Source: Minisyncoccota bacterium
Lineage (GTDB): Bacteria; Patescibacteriota; Minisyncoccia; Phycocordibacterales; Phycocordibacteraceae
NCBI GenBank assembly: GCA_036405415.1
Contig: DASWXP010000002.1
Location: 556,450 to 620,449 of the forward strand
Reading direction: 5' to 3'
Length of the DNA: 64,000 bases
Shown here: positions 63,652 to 64,000 of the stretch, piece after piece
Layout: each line of letters begins with the position of its first letter
How positions within the stretch are numbered: the stretch's first letter is position 1
Program-made: the position numbers and the translations under genes
Notes under the pieces: generated by a model
Seen by the model: only the letters and a program-made list of their open reading frames with translations
What the model was told of the DNA's origin: nothing
Databases searched by the model: none

Positions 63652-64000
63652 ATGACAGCGATACAGAACACCGTCAAGTTCGTACGCGCCTCAGGGCGCG
63701 CATGGTCCAGGAAGTGGAGCTTCCTGGGCGTATTCCTTGCGGTCTTCTTCGTATCGTTCTCGACGCTCGCCGCGTTCGATCTCGTGCCTGAGACACCGGA
63801 AAAGGTCGCAGAGACCGATGTCCCGGCTCGTGCACTTTCCGCATCGGTTGCACTTGCCGCTCCGGAGAACGCTACGCGCGTTGCGATCGAGAAGATCGAT
63901 CTGGACGTCGTAGTCAAGAACCCTACGTCCACGAACGTGGCGGTGCTCGACGAGGCGCTCCTTACGGGCGCGGTCCGGTACCCGACCTCGGCGAAGCTCG
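63652..64000 (+). CDS. sortase-family protein, N-terminal part (3' truncated by window)
   Basis: TM helix then RVAIEKIDLDVVVKNPTSTNVAVLDEALLTGAVRYPTS resembling the sortase beta1-beta2 region (IPKIG...L..G.GH.PGT). Confidence 0.4.
   Translation, partial: MTAIQNTVKFVRASGRAWSRKWSFLGVFLAVFFVSFSTLAAFDLVPETPEKVAETDVPARALSASVALAAPENATRVAIEKIDLDVVVKNPTSTNVAVLDEALLTGAVRYPTSAKL

Overview
This is a 64-kb window of about 60% GC, densely coding and mostly on the + strand. Gene content points to a reduced-genome bacterium, possibly Patescibacteria/CPR-like; that placement is an inference. Supporting observations are short pheS, pheT, tsf and obg genes, a split transketolase, a class I fructose-bisphosphate aldolase, type IV pilins, lamin-tail-domain and CARDB secreted proteins, and a sortase-like gene.

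Housekeeping genes present are murB, secA, obg, gatB, gap, rpiB, rpe, tkt (split), a PfkB kinase, fba, rplY, rpmE, prfA, rpsB, tsf, pheS, pheT, gyrB and a tRNA-Thr(UGU).

Two accessory blocks dominate the window.
- Glycan-biosynthesis island (5.2-17.6 kb): a GT32-GT2 fusion, a SAM methyltransferase, a GT25, two GT-D/DUF1792 paralogs, RmlD-like and PseB-like sugar-nucleotide enzymes, two GT2 genes, a Wzx-like flippase, and an O-antigen-ligase/TPR protein.
- Surface-fibre locus (24.2-38.0 kb), the most interesting part of the window: a small bitopic protein and a 4097-aa giant protein both begin with the same excisionase-type (HTH_17-like) helix-turn-helix module followed by a transmembrane segment. 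A 584-bp AT-rich intergenic region carrying two long palindromes separates them.

The giant protein is built as: HTH + TM, then a T/N-rich region, then about 25 degenerate ~80-100-aa repeats with a GNVGIGTTSP motif, then a phage-tail-fibre-type intramolecular chaperone/autoprotease domain (SDERLK, Peptidase_S74-like), a coiled coil, a DUF5011 Ig-like domain, and a Pro/Ala/Glu tail.

Other notable points:
- Two paralogous CARDB adhesin-like proteins share a ~300-aa C-terminal region ending NVIP[QK]IIEF.
- Two short ORFs missed by the ORF track were found; one is a histone-H1-like Lys/Ala-rich protein.
- Many genes carry a TATAcT -10-like hexamer 5-12 nt upstream of the ATG with no Shine-Dalgarno sequence, suggesting leaderless or short-leader transcripts.
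- No CRISPR array, transposase, integrase or rRNA was seen.
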